NCBI GenBank assembly: GCA_966212305.1
Contig: CBIHQY010000030.1
Location: 9,018-73,017 of the forward strand
Source: an uncultured Azospirillum sp.
GTDB lineage: Bacteria; Pseudomonadota; Alphaproteobacteria; Azospirillales; Azospirillaceae
Direction: 5' to 3'
Length of the DNA: 64,000 nucleotides
Program-made: the position numbers and the translations under genes
Notes under the pieces: model-generated
Told to the model about the DNA's origin: nothing
Databases searched by the model: none
Seen by the model: only the letters and a program-made list of their open reading frames with translations
Shown here: in pieces, positions 55,160 to 64,000 of the stretch
How positions within the stretch are numbered: position 1 is the stretch's first letter
Layout of the letters: each line of letters starts with the position of its first letter

Positions 55160-55933
55160 CTAACGGGCCATCTGCTTGGAGAGGGTCTGCCTCGACACAT
55201 AGTTGCCGAGCGCCTGCAAGTCCTCCGGCAGGAAACTGGCGAATTCCATCGGCCACGCAGGCTCATACCCCTCGACGGAAACCACGGCGTCGGGGCGGAA
55301 CCTTCCCGCCGGGGCCAGCTGCTCGAAAATCCCGAGTTCGAGGCCGAGGCAACGGAAGTTCGCCGCCATCTCCATCGCGAGATCCCACTGTTTCGATGAC
55401 AGGTCGTGGAGATCGGTGTCGGGGGCGACGAGAAACGCCGTTGCCCAGCAGTGCGCCGCGCTCCAGAATTCCTTGCGCGCTTTGTTGTACTGCCCCTCGG
55501 TGTCGGGGCGCGGCACCTGGGTGCCGGGCACGAAGCCCTTCGTCTGGCCCTCCAGGAACACCCTGAACTTGTTTTGGGTGGCCAACTCCCCCATGCCCTC
55601 CGAAAGGTTGCCGCGCCGCTGCGGCCACGCGGAGGCGCGCAGGTAATAGAGGAAGGCCGTGTGGATCAGCCAGCCGAGTGCCCGGCGGCCTTCGAGCGGG
55701 GCGAACAGCGCATCCGGCGGCGGCGTATCGGCGAGGAGATCGAAGACGTCGCGTTCGAGCTTGATGGGCCAGCGGTTGTCGGTCCGGGCGAGCCGGACGA
55801 ACGCTTCCCGCGCGCGGCCATTGCAAAGCGCTACTCCCTGATCGTGATCGTTGGGGTAGTACAGCAGGCCCTCCAGGGCGAAGGACCGGAACGGGATCGT
55901 TTGGCCGCCCTGTGCGGCTGGTGCGTCAGACAT
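55160..55933 (-). CDS. Hypothetical protein
   Basis: 257 aa from the ATG at 55933 (MSDAPAAQGGQTIPFRSFALEGLLYYPNDHDQG...). No motif recognised. Confidence 0.5.
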   Translation of the reverse strand: MSDAPAAQGGQTIPFRSFALEGLLYYPNDHDQGVALCNGRAREAFVRLARTDNRWPIKLERDVFDLLADTPPPDALFAPLEGRRALGWLIHTAFLYYLRASAWPQRRGNLSEGMGELATQNKFRVFLEGQTKGFVPGTQVPRPDTEGQYNKARKEFWSAAHCWATAFLVAPDTDLHDLSSKQWDLAMEMAANFRCLGLELGIFEQLAPAGRFRPDAVVSVEGYEPAWPMEFASFLPEDLQALGNYVSRQTLSKQMAR

Positions 55934-56285
55934 TCTCTTCTTCCTTGCGAGCGGGCGCGTGTCCCAGAGCGATGGCTGGGCTCTCCGTGGCCTTGTGCAA
56001 CGGGTCATCGTGGAGGTGAGCATACCGTTGCGTGTTGGCGGCTTGGGTGTGGCCGAGCGGCGCACCGATGATCAGCAGCCCCAGGCCCGCGGAGCCCAGC
56101 AGACTCGCGAAGGTGTGCCGGAGGTCATGGAGGCGGACGTCGCGCATCGCGACGGGGGGTGTGACGCCGTCACGCTTGGCGGCTTCCTCCACTTCGGCGA
56201 CCGTCGGCGGGCGCTCCAAGGCGGTGGTGAGGCGGTCGATCAGCGGGCGTGCGGTCCAGTCCTCCATCCACAGCCGGAGCGTCAC
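55926..56285 (-). pseudogene. Truncated second tyrosine integrase (C-terminal catalytic part only)
   Basis: ..VRLHDLRHTFASLLGSAGLGLLIIGAPLGHTQAANTQRYAHL carries HxLRH, LGH and Y. Out-of-frame integrase-like remnants (PAFVFPGDGAGGHLVDIKGP) continue to about 56400. Confidence 0.65.
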
Positions 56286-56492
56286 CGCGTCCTTGAGGCC
56301 CTGCTATGGGCCCTTGATATCAACGAGGTGCCCGCCTGCGCCGTCGCCGGGGAAGACGAACGCCGGGTCGGCGCACCCTACCTAGCCAAAGCACTTGGCT
56401 TCGGAGGGAAAGGCAAGGTGACCGCAGAGTAGCGCGGATGGGGCGTCGGGACATTGTTCTCGGCGGCCCGCCTGCGTCTATCTGGCATCAGT

Positions 56493-58331
56493 TCACCCGG
56501 CGGGGGCGCCGCACTGTTCCGGGGTGATCGGGTCCACGGCCGGGTCGAAACGGCGCAAGTGCGACAGGTCGATCTCGGGGTTGAACAGGTCCACCGCGAT
56601 CTTCAGTTTGTCGGGTTTGACCCTCTTCAAGTAGGTCGCCCCCTCGCCCAGTATGGACGTCAGCTTGTGACCGATGACTTTCGAGACGTGGGCGGACTTC
56701 GAGTTTTCGTCTTCCTCGACGAAGGTACGGAACGTCGCCCGCAACGCGTGAAATGGGCGTTTCGGGTCGTAAATGCCCGTGGCCCGTGTGTACGCGGTGA
56801 ACCGCTGACTGTAGTAGTGAGAAAATTTCTTGTCCGGACCCCGACGCTTGAGGGTCGGCCAGAGGTGTTGGTTGGTCTTTCCCCGGAACAGATCTACGTA
56901 TTCGAGGAATCCCAGGTCGATCAGCAATCGATGTACCGGGACGACGCGGACACCCGCGGGCGTCTTAACGTGGTTCTCGCCCTCTTTGTGCACGTTCATT
57001 ACCCAGGTGCCTCTGATCTGCCGGATGTCCGTGGCTTGAAGCTGTGCGATCTCCTCCTGGCGAAGGCCGTGAAAGACGGCGAGGAGGGGCAGCCAATAAT
57101 AGGCATCATAGATGACCGCAGAGCCCGCCTTGGAGCGCTGGCGCGGGTTGCAGCCGGTCCAGACCGGCGTCTGGAACAGGGCGTTGAGGGCATCCTCCTC
57201 CCACATCTCTCGGCCCGATTCGGTCTTGCCGTACTTGTGACCGAGGAAGATGTTCTCGCCGCGATGGTTGTACGTCGTCTTCCGTTCGAGAACCCACCCC
57301 ATGAAGCCGGAGAGGGCGGACATGTGCCGCTTCACCGTCTTGATCAGCAGGCCCGGAGGCGGCGCCTGATTGTCTGCGATCATCCGCTTCACGGTGTCGA
57401 CCGTTTCGCGCATGGGCATGCGCCAATCTTTGGCCTTGCCGTGCAACCTCGGCAGGTACTCCATACCCAGCTTGAACTCCTCCGCCTCGTCCCGGGTGTA
57501 ACGGTTAAGCGGCCGGTCGCCATGGAACTCGATCCACATGCGGATGGTGGTCGCGTTCTGACGCTGGGTCTGCGCGTTCCAGGCGTCCTTGCCGCGGCGG
57601 GGCGACGTCATGTCCGCCTCATGTTCCTTGTAGGCCACTGAGAGCAGCATGAGCGGCGCAAGCTCGGGAAGTGGCTGGGCGGGCACCGGCGGGACGACAG
57701 GTTCAGGTGCGGCAAGCGGTATCGGCGCGGGCGCAGGCTCGAGGTCACCGAGCGGCGGGTATTCGCCCCGGGCCGCGTCGCCCAGGCGCTCGCAGCATTC
57801 GGCGGCGGCGCGGGTCAGCGCGCGCGCCAGGACGGACAGGTCGGGTTCCGCGGGCTCGCGCCCCGTCTGTCGAAGAAGGTCGGCCGCCTTTCCCTTCATG
57901 TCCTCAATGTCGTTGTACGCCAGGGCATTGCGGAAGCGCTGTTCCGTCGCCTGATGGATCTGCGGCTGCAAGGCACGGACGAGATAGCCGAGGTCATGCC
58001 CGTCGGGGACGCCCACCTCCGCCGGTTCAGCGAAGTCAAAGCCCTGGCTACGCTTGACCTCCGCCTCCCATAGCTGGTCGGCGAGCCACTCCCGGACCAA
58101 GCGGTCGGTTTCCTGGCGGGTCAGCGTCGGTCGCTTCATGATCTCGTCAAACAGTTGTTCCGTACGCAGCCACGCGATGCGCGCCCGCGCGGCCGCCATG
58201 AGCCGGTCGCCGGTGCGCAGGGAGCGTACGATCTCCCGGCGGCCAACGCGCTCCCGCATACCATCGGGCACGCGCCGCCGGAAGTGCCAAATGGACCCCT
58301 GAAGCCGCAGGTTAGGATGACGATGCGCCAC
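56493..58331 (-). CDS. int: Tyrosine-type site-specific integrase (DUF6538-type N-terminus)
   Basis: 612 aa. Starts MAHRHPNLRLQGSIWHFRRRVP. The C-terminus has FHALRATFRTF, IGHK and LKRV..Y-type catalytic signature. The start lies 111 bp from the tRNA-Gln 3' end. Confidence 0.9.
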   Translation of the reverse strand: MAHRHPNLRLQGSIWHFRRRVPDGMRERVGRREIVRSLRTGDRLMAAARARIAWLRTEQLFDEIMKRPTLTRQETDRLVREWLADQLWEAEVKRSQGFDFAEPAEVGVPDGHDLGYLVRALQPQIHQATEQRFRNALAYNDIEDMKGKAADLLRQTGREPAEPDLSVLARALTRAAAECCERLGDAARGEYPPLGDLEPAPAPIPLAAPEPVVPPVPAQPLPELAPLMLLSVAYKEHEADMTSPRRGKDAWNAQTQRQNATTIRMWIEFHGDRPLNRYTRDEAEEFKLGMEYLPRLHGKAKDWRMPMRETVDTVKRMIADNQAPPPGLLIKTVKRHMSALSGFMGWVLERKTTYNHRGENIFLGHKYGKTESGREMWEEDALNALFQTPVWTGCNPRQRSKAGSAVIYDAYYWLPLLAVFHGLRQEEIAQLQATDIRQIRGTWVMNVHKEGENHVKTPAGVRVVPVHRLLIDLGFLEYVDLFRGKTNQHLWPTLKRRGPDKKFSHYYSQRFTAYTRATGIYDPKRPFHALRATFRTFVEEDENSKSAHVSKVIGHKLTSILGEGATYLKRVKPDKLKIAVDLFNPEIDLSHLRRFDPAVDPITPEQCGAPAG

Positions 58332-58441
58332 GCCGGATCTCCCGAACCGAATGGATCGGACCCTGGCTGTGGATTAGCGTTGTGGACTAAACGCTCCACC
58401 GGCCGGGCCGGGAGGTCGGAACCGCGCTGTTCGGAAAAGGT

Positions 58442-58458
58442 TGGTTGGGGGACTAGGA
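58442..58458. repeat. attR-type direct repeat (3' end of tRNA-Gln)
   Basis: TGGTTGGGGGACTAGGA, identical to 20434-20450. Confidence 0.8.
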
Positions 58459-58515
58459 TTCGAACCTAGGCTGGCGGAGTCAGAGTCCGCTGTCCTACCG
58501 CTAGACGATCCCCCA
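58442..58515 (-). tRNA. tRNA-Gln: tRNA-Gln, anticodon CUG
   Basis: The reverse complement folds as a cloverleaf: acceptor UGGGGGA/UCCCCCA, anticodon stem GCGGA/UCCGC with loop CUCUGAC, T-arm GGTTCGAATCC, and an encoded CCA. 74 nt. Confidence 0.9.
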
Positions 58516-58676
58516 GACCGTCACCGGGGCGGCTCGTTTGCCGTGCCCCGTGGTGTGGGCGGGTTTATAGCGGCCATGTGCCGGGCTGTGAAGAGCTTTT
58601 TTCGCTTCGGATGCATTTTTTTCCAACGCTCACCGGCGGCCCGGATTCCTCCAGAGCCGCCGGTGGCGAAAGGCGG

Positions 58677-60869
58677 TCAGCGCGGGGCCATGGCGGCGAT
58701 CGGGGCGATGATGCGGCGGAGGTCGTCGTCGGACTCCAACTCCTCCAGCTGTCGCGGAAGGCGGCGGCGCCAGTTGGGATGCTGATCCACCGTGCCGGGC
58801 AGGTTGGGCTGCTCGTCGTCGGCCAGCGCGTCCTCGATCTGCACCATCACGATGCGGGAGGGAGTGCGCGCCAGATAGGCGTGAACGGCGGCCGACAGTT
58901 CCACGCGGAAAAGCTGGTCGCCGTCATCGCTGGGATAGCTGTCCGGGCGCAGCCCCTCGCGCGACAGCGCTTGCAGCAGGCGCCAGCGGTCGACTCCACG
59001 GTCCCAGATGTCCTTGTCGCGGCTGGCATCGTCCGGATACAGGCTGAGACGCTGGCGCCAGTCGAGGTCGCGACCGGTCCAGAAGCCCTTGAAGGGCGCC
59101 AGATCGTGGGTGCTGACCGTCGCCATCGACCCGGCGGGATAGTCGCCGGGGGGCTTGAAGCCGCCGTCGGCGGTGCGCTCGAAATAGAGCACGCGGTAGC
59201 TGAGGATGCCGGCCTGCTCCAGCGCCGGGCGGAAACCCTCCGGCACGGTGCCCAGATCCTCGCCGATCACAACGCAGTGGTTGCGGCGGCTCTCCAGCGC
59301 AACGATGCGCAGAAGGTCGTGGAAGGGATAGGCGACATAGGCGCCGGGGTTGCCGTCCTCCGGAATCCAGAACAGGTGCTTCAGCGCCATCACATGATCG
59401 ATGCGGAGCGCCGCGGCATGGCGCATGTTGGCGCGCAGAAGCTCGACGAAGGGACGGTAGGCGGACTCGCGCAGGCCCAGCGGCGACAGCGGGGCAAGGC
59501 CCCAGTTCTGGCCGTTCATGTTGAACTGGTCGGGCGGCGCCCCGACATTGGCGCCCTGCACCAGCATCGACGGATCGGCCCAGGCCGACCCGCCGCCGGG
59601 ATGGGCGGCGACGGCGAGGTCGCGGTAGAAGCCCATGGCAAGCCCTGCCGAGCGCCCGCGCGTCGCGGCCTCGCCCAACTGGCGATCGGCTTCGAACTGG
59701 GACCAGGCGAAGAAATCGACGCGGTCGGCATGCTCGCGGGCGAAGGCGGCAACCTCGGCGCTGCGGGGGTCCTGGAAGCCAGCCGGCCAGCTCCGCCACA
59801 TCCACTGCGAGGACTCGTCGCGGAAGAAATGCTCGTGCAGGGCGTCGAACAGGGCGTGGCGGTCCAGTGCCACCCCCATGTCCCGCCGGAAGGCGGCATA
59901 GGCGGCTTTGCGCGGGTGGTCGTCGGGGAGAGCGCGGAAACGGGCGTGCAGAGCTTCCAGCAGCGGCAGCTTCAGCGCGGCGACGGCAGGGTAATCGACC
60001 AGCTCCGCCTGCCGGGCAGCGGCCAGCGCCGTCTGAAAGACGGGGGCTTCGATGCGGGCGCGCAGATCGTCGGCTCCGGCGAATTCGGGAACGGAAGCCG
60101 GGTCGATGTAGAGGATGTTCAGGAACTGGCGGCTGGACGGGGAATAGGGACCGATGTGGTTGGAGTCGGCCGGGAACAGGGCGTGCAGCGGGTTCAGGCC
60201 GACCAGCCCGGCGCCCAACCGCCCGGCGACTTCGGCGAAGCCGGCAAGGTCGCCGAAATCACCCATGCCCCAGTCATTGTCGGAGCGCAGCGAATAGACC
60301 TGCAGGCCGATACCCCAGCTGCGACCGGCCGGCACCATCTCCTCCACCGTCACGCAGCGGTCCGGCGCCACGATCAGGGTGGTGGAGCCCGACGGCCCCG
60401 CCGCTCCGCCGACGGCCTCCACATGCAGGTCCAGCCGGTGATAGCCGATGGGCAGCGACACCGGCAGCACGGCGCCCAGGGCGTGGCGCTCGTAGGCCGT
60501 GCCGTCCAGGGTGGCGCGGTCGGTGACGGGCAGGTCGCGGATGGCGATGCGGCCACCCTGGGCGGTCCCATCCTCCGGCGTCAGGTCCCACGCCAGGGTG
60601 GCATCGTCCAGGCCGGCCGGCAGGGCGACGCCCAGATCGATCCCCTGTCCTTCCCCGACCACCAGCACCGGCGGCAGCGGGCGGCTCCAGGACCGGCGTT
60701 CGACCGTGCGAAGGCTGTCGGCGACCTGGTCGTCCGTGGCGGCCGGCAACCCCATGGCGGCGATCAGCGCCCGTTTGGTGGCGGCGGAGGTCTCCCGCCG
60801 GTTGCCCCAGATGTCGTGATAATGAGGTTCGAGTCCAAGCAGATCGGCCAGCCGGTCGAGATCACTCAT
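58677..60869 (-). CDS. malQ: 4-alpha-glucanotransferase (amylomaltase)
   Basis: 730 aa. Starts MSDLDRLADLLGLEPHYHDIWGNRRE. Contains WGIGLQVYSLRS, LRIDHVMAL and typical GH77 blocks. Confidence 0.9.
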   Translation of the reverse strand: MSDLDRLADLLGLEPHYHDIWGNRRETSAATKRALIAAMGLPAATDDQVADSLRTVERRSWSRPLPPVLVVGEGQGIDLGVALPAGLDDATLAWDLTPEDGTAQGGRIAIRDLPVTDRATLDGTAYERHALGAVLPVSLPIGYHRLDLHVEAVGGAAGPSGSTTLIVAPDRCVTVEEMVPAGRSWGIGLQVYSLRSDNDWGMGDFGDLAGFAEVAGRLGAGLVGLNPLHALFPADSNHIGPYSPSSRQFLNILYIDPASVPEFAGADDLRARIEAPVFQTALAAARQAELVDYPAVAALKLPLLEALHARFRALPDDHPRKAAYAAFRRDMGVALDRHALFDALHEHFFRDESSQWMWRSWPAGFQDPRSAEVAAFAREHADRVDFFAWSQFEADRQLGEAATRGRSAGLAMGFYRDLAVAAHPGGGSAWADPSMLVQGANVGAPPDQFNMNGQNWGLAPLSPLGLRESAYRPFVELLRANMRHAAALRIDHVMALKHLFWIPEDGNPGAYVAYPFHDLLRIVALESRRNHCVVIGEDLGTVPEGFRPALEQAGILSYRVLYFERTADGGFKPPGDYPAGSMATVSTHDLAPFKGFWTGRDLDWRQRLSLYPDDASRDKDIWDRGVDRWRLLQALSREGLRPDSYPSDDGDQLFRVELSAAVHAYLARTPSRIVMVQIEDALADDEQPNLPGTVDQHPNWRRRLPRQLEELESDDDLRRIIAPIAAMAPR

Positions 60870-60976
60870 GCAGGGTCCCCGCGGGTTGTACGGAAAGAGG
60901 TGTGGGGCTTAGGGATTGGGGGCGCGGCCCGCAGCGTCAATGCCGCCCGGCGGCCTATGCCATCGGCACTCCCCCA

Positions 60977-62071
60977 TCAGCCGGCAGACAGGGCGGCGCT
61001 CGCCGACCTGTCTGCCGGCGGCGGGGCGGAGGAAGCGATGGACTCGTCCGTGGCCTCGCCCGCCGCATCGGCGGATGACGCCGCCAGCGCCGACGCGGCA
61101 GCGGCTGCCTTGGCCTGGGCGATCTGTTCCAGCCGGCTGCGATAGCCGGCGACGGCGGAGGCCACCTCTCGCGTCATCGCCTCGAGCGGGCGGTCGGGAT
61201 CGACCGCCTGCATCAGGGCGCGGGACAGGGCCTGCAGCTGATCGCAGTCGTCGGCGGAAACGGGACCGGCTTCGGCGGCAGCGCGCACCTTGTCGGCCAG
61301 GGACTTTATGGCGCGGGCGACCGCCTCGACCGGGGCATGGTCGCCGTCGTCTCCCAGCCGGCGCAGCAGGTCGTCCAGGAAGCCGCCGATGCGGCCGACA
61401 TGGTCGATGGACATGCGGTCGGGAACCTGCCGCGCCAACCCGGCCAGGGCGAATTCGATCAGGAAGGCAACCTGGATGCTGGCGCGCAGCCGCTTCTGGG
61501 TGGTGACGGTGGCGATCGCTTCGTTCAGCCGCATGCGGGCGCCGGACTGGGACCATTGTCCGGTCGCCTTCAGCCGAAGCGTGTTGGGCGCGTCCAGCAC
61601 CGGCACCTGCGCCCCCTCGCGCGGGGATTTGCGGCGGTCGGGACCGGTGTAGTCGGCGGTGACGACGAAGCCCTTGCGCGCCTCGATCAGGCTGACGATG
61701 CGCTCGCGCACCTGTTTGGGCGAGACCGGCTTCATCAGCAGGTCATCGCCGCCGACATTGGTGACGCGGGTCAACAGCGCCGGGGTCGGCGCCCAGGTGG
61801 TGACGATGACGCAGGCGAACGGGTTGGGCACCGCGGGTTCGTTGCGCAGGGAGCGGATGAAGCGGAAGGCCTCCGAATCCTCGCCGTCGGCGTCGACCAG
61901 CACCAGATCGGGCATGGCCGCGGCCAGCAGCCCGGCGGCGGCCTTCACCGAATCGAACAGCTCCACCCGGCGGAAGCCCAGCCGGATCAGCACGTCGCGG
62001 AACACGCGCGCGGTGTTGAGCTGGCTGTCGATGATCGCGGCGTCGACCTGCGAGAAATCGTAATCCGGCAT
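60977..62071 (-). CDS. Response-regulator receiver domain protein with uncharacterised C-terminal domain
   Basis: From the ATG at 62071: receiver-like DLVLVDAD..., TTWAPT, LLMKPVSP. The C-terminal ~230 aa are helical, with no DNA-binding motif seen. Confidence 0.65.
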   Translation of the reverse strand: MPDYDFSQVDAAIIDSQLNTARVFRDVLIRLGFRRVELFDSVKAAAGLLAAAMPDLVLVDADGEDSEAFRFIRSLRNEPAVPNPFACVIVTTWAPTPALLTRVTNVGGDDLLMKPVSPKQVRERIVSLIEARKGFVVTADYTGPDRRKSPREGAQVPVLDAPNTLRLKATGQWSQSGARMRLNEAIATVTTQKRLRASIQVAFLIEFALAGLARQVPDRMSIDHVGRIGGFLDDLLRRLGDDGDHAPVEAVARAIKSLADKVRAAAEAGPVSADDCDQLQALSRALMQAVDPDRPLEAMTREVASAVAGYRSRLEQIAQAKAAAAASALAASSADAAGEATDESIASSAPPPADRSASAALSAG

Positions 62072-62225
62072 CGTCCTACCCGAAGCTCCGCTGCCGCTGT
62101 GACGGGAACGCGCGGCGCAGCGTAACACGCTTTGTCTTCGCCCGTCGCGGTAGCATCTCCGACGGGGGGATGGACAGTGGGCAAAGGATCGCAGGGCGAT
62201 GCGTCACCGGTTTCATGCCCGCCGC

Positions 62226-64000
62226 TCACATGCCCGGCTGCTCCACCAGGGTGAAGACCAGCACCGTCCGCCCGTCGACCAGGGCCGAGCGCCCGGCCAG
62301 ATGGATGCGCTCGTCCCCCGCCCCGTCGGCGACGCGGGTGTCGAGCACGCAACGCCAGCCCCGGCCGCCCGGCACGTCGGGCAGGGTCACGGTCAGGATG
62401 TCGGCATGGGCATTCAGCACGATCAGCAGGACGCCGTCGGACAGCGGCTGCCCGTCCGCGCCGACATGGGTGCCGGCGCGGCCGTTCAGCAGCAGGACGA
62501 TGCAGCGCGCCTGGGTGTTGCGCCAATGCTCCGCCGTCTTTTCCACCCCCTGGGCGTTGTACCAGACGATGTCCTTCAGCCCGTTGGCCGCCACCTCCCG
62601 CCCATGCAGGAACAGGGGACGGCGCAGCACCGGATGGGCGCGGCGCAACGCGATCAGCCGGCGGACGAAGGACACCAGCGTCCCGTCGCGCTTGCCCCAG
62701 TCGAGCCAGGTGATGTCATTGTCCTGGCAATAGGCGTTGTTGTTGCCGTCCTGGCTGTGATCCAGCTCGTCGCCGGCCAGCATCATCGGCGTGCCCTGCG
62801 ACAGCATCAGCGTCGCCAGCATGTTGCGCTTCTGCCGCGCCCGCAGCTCGGTCACCGCCGGATCGTCGCTCGGCCCCTCCACCCCATGGTTCCAGGAGCA
62901 GTTGGAGGAATGGCCGTCGCGGTTCTCCTCGCCGTTCGCCCAGTTGTGCTTGTCGTTGTAGGAAACGAGGTCGTGAAGGGTGAAGCCGTCATGGGCGGTG
63001 ATGAAATTCACGCTGGCCCAGGGGCGGCGCCCGCGCTTCTCGAACAGGTCGGCGGAGCCGGCGATGCGGCCGGCCAGTTCCGGCAGCATGCCGTCGTCGC
63101 CACGCCAGTAGCGCCGCACGGTGTCGCGGTAGCGGTCGTTCCACTCCGCCCAGCCCGGCGGGAAATTGCCGACCTGATAGCCGCCGGGACCGACGTCCCA
63201 CGGTTCGGCGATCAGCTTGACGTCGGCCAGCACCGGGTCCTGCCGCACCGCGTCGAGGAAGCCGGAGCCGGGGTCGTAGCCGTAGGGCTCCCGCGCCAGC
63301 ACGGTGGCGAGGTCGAAGCGGAAGCCGTCGACATGCATCTCCGTCACCCAGTAACGGAGGCTGTCCATCACCATCTGGACGACGCGCGGGTGGCTGAAAT
63401 CCAGCGTGTTACCGGTGCCGGTGTCGTTGATGTAGTAGCGCGGGCTGTCCGGCATCAGCCGGTAATAGCTGAGATTGTCGATTCCCTTGAAGGACAGGGT
63501 CGGCCCCAGATGGTTGCCCTCGGCCGTGTGGTTGTAGACGACGTCGAGAATGACCTCGATCCCCGCCTCGTGCAGGCGGGCGACCATCGTCTTGAACTCC
63601 GACAAAACGCCGGTGTTCATGTAGCGCGGCTCAGGTGCGAAGAAGCCGATGGTGTTGTAGCCCCAGTAGTTGGTCATGCCGCGGGTGACGAGATGCTGTT
63701 CGTCGGCGATGGCCTGGACCGGCAGGAACTCCACCGAGGTGATGCCGAGCGCGCGCAGATACTCGATGACGGTCTGGGTCGACATGCCGGAGAAGGTGCC
63801 GCGCAAATGGGCCGGCACCTCCGGATGGCGCATGGTGAAGCCGCGGACGTGGGTCTCGTAGAGGACCGTGTCGGTCCAGGGCACCCGGCGGTGGCGGTCG
63901 TGCCCCCAGGTGAAGGCGCCGTCCACCACCCGGCATTTCGGCATGCCGCGGGCGTTGTCGCGCCGGTCGAACGATAAGTCCTCGCGCGTCGAGCCGACCC
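62226..64000 (-). CDS. glgX: Glycogen debranching enzyme GlgX (N-terminus beyond the window edge)
   Basis: PWTDTVLYETHVRGFT, VILDVVYNHT, GFRFDLA, AEPWD, FITAHDGFTL are GH13 GlgX blocks. The frame stays open to position 64000. Confidence 0.9.
   Translation of the reverse strand, partial: VGSTREDLSFDRRDNARGMPKCRVVDGAFTWGHDRHRRVPWTDTVLYETHVRGFTMRHPEVPAHLRGTFSGMSTQTVIEYLRALGITSVEFLPVQAIADEQHLVTRGMTNYWGYNTIGFFAPEPRYMNTGVLSEFKTMVARLHEAGIEVILDVVYNHTAEGNHLGPTLSFKGIDNLSYYRLMPDSPRYYINDTGTGNTLDFSHPRVVQMVMDSLRYWVTEMHVDGFRFDLATVLAREPYGYDPGSGFLDAVRQDPVLADVKLIAEPWDVGPGGYQVGNFPPGWAEWNDRYRDTVRRYWRGDDGMLPELAGRIAGSADLFEKRGRRPWASVNFITAHDGFTLHDLVSYNDKHNWANGEENRDGHSSNCSWNHGVEGPSDDPAVTELRARQKRNMLATLMLSQGTPMMLAGDELDHSQDGNNNAYCQDNDITWLDWGKRDGTLVSFVRRLIALRRAHPVLRRPLFLHGREVAANGLKDIVWYNAQGVEKTAEHWRNTQARCIVLLLNGRAGTHVGADGQPLSDGVLLIVLNAHADILTVTLPDVPGGRGWRCVLDTRVADGAGDERIHLAGRSALVDGRTVLVFTLVEQPGM

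Larger units (their letters stand above)
20434..58458. mobile_element. About 38-kb tRNA-Gln-integrated element, integrative and mobilizable type
   Basis: 17-bp direct repeats at both ends. The integrase lies next to the tRNA 3' end. AlpA-like HTH, MobC plus relaxase and ArdC are present. No T4SS or coupling-protein genes. Composition is visibly mosaic. Confidence 0.75.

Noticed and set aside
58578-63977. 855-aa and 592-aa plus-strand ORFs opposite malQ and glgX
   Set aside because: Shadow ORFs. The minus-strand frames carry unmistakable GH77 and GH13 blocks.

Overview
This is a high-G+C chromosome segment. Gene content and codon bias look alphaproteobacterial, Azospirillum/Rhodospirillales-like, but that taxon call is inference only. 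Core genes sit on the left: TRAP transporter, pxpB-pxpC, an RTX/ELWxxDGT repeat protein, two c-di-GMP enzymes and glmU-glmS. Core genes on the right are tRNA-Gln(CUG), malQ, a response regulator and a partial glgX. They bracket about 44 kb of accessory DNA.

The accessory DNA has two parts. (i) 14.6-20.4 kb looks like a decayed older island. It holds a lone 1190-aa Upf1-like SF1 helicase, IS256 and IS630 debris, and an N-terminal integrase fragment. (ii) 20434-58458 is a ~38-kb integrative, apparently mobilizable element. It is bounded by an exact 17-bp direct repeat of the tRNA-Gln 3' end. It carries an integrase, an AlpA-like HTH protein, a MucR/Ros regulator, MobC plus relaxase, and ArdC. 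No T4SS or coupling protein is present.

Its cargo is mosaic in composition:
- a translationally coupled SNF2 helicase / Type III Mod / Type III Res operon
- a DUF3102-C5 cytosine methyltransferase fusion, preceded by 1.4 kb of imperfect tandem repeat
- an AT-rich two-gene cassette with a PD-(D/E)xK-like nuclease candidate
- an EAL-only protein
- decayed GIY-YIG/DUF6398 modules around a UDG-family gene
- an AT-rich islet encoding an HslV/proteasome-like Ntn-hydrolase with a C-terminal extension

Three related GTGTTCCGGTG-containing elements mark cassette borders next to a serine-recombinase remnant. Outside the island there is an orphan NHLP-type RiPP precursor gene.

My best candidates for an undescribed system are the HslV-like gene, the AT-rich nuclease cassette and the SNF2-Mod-Res trio. 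All functional calls rest on motifs read by eye; no database search was run. Several island genes appear frameshifted, from either decay or assembly indels.
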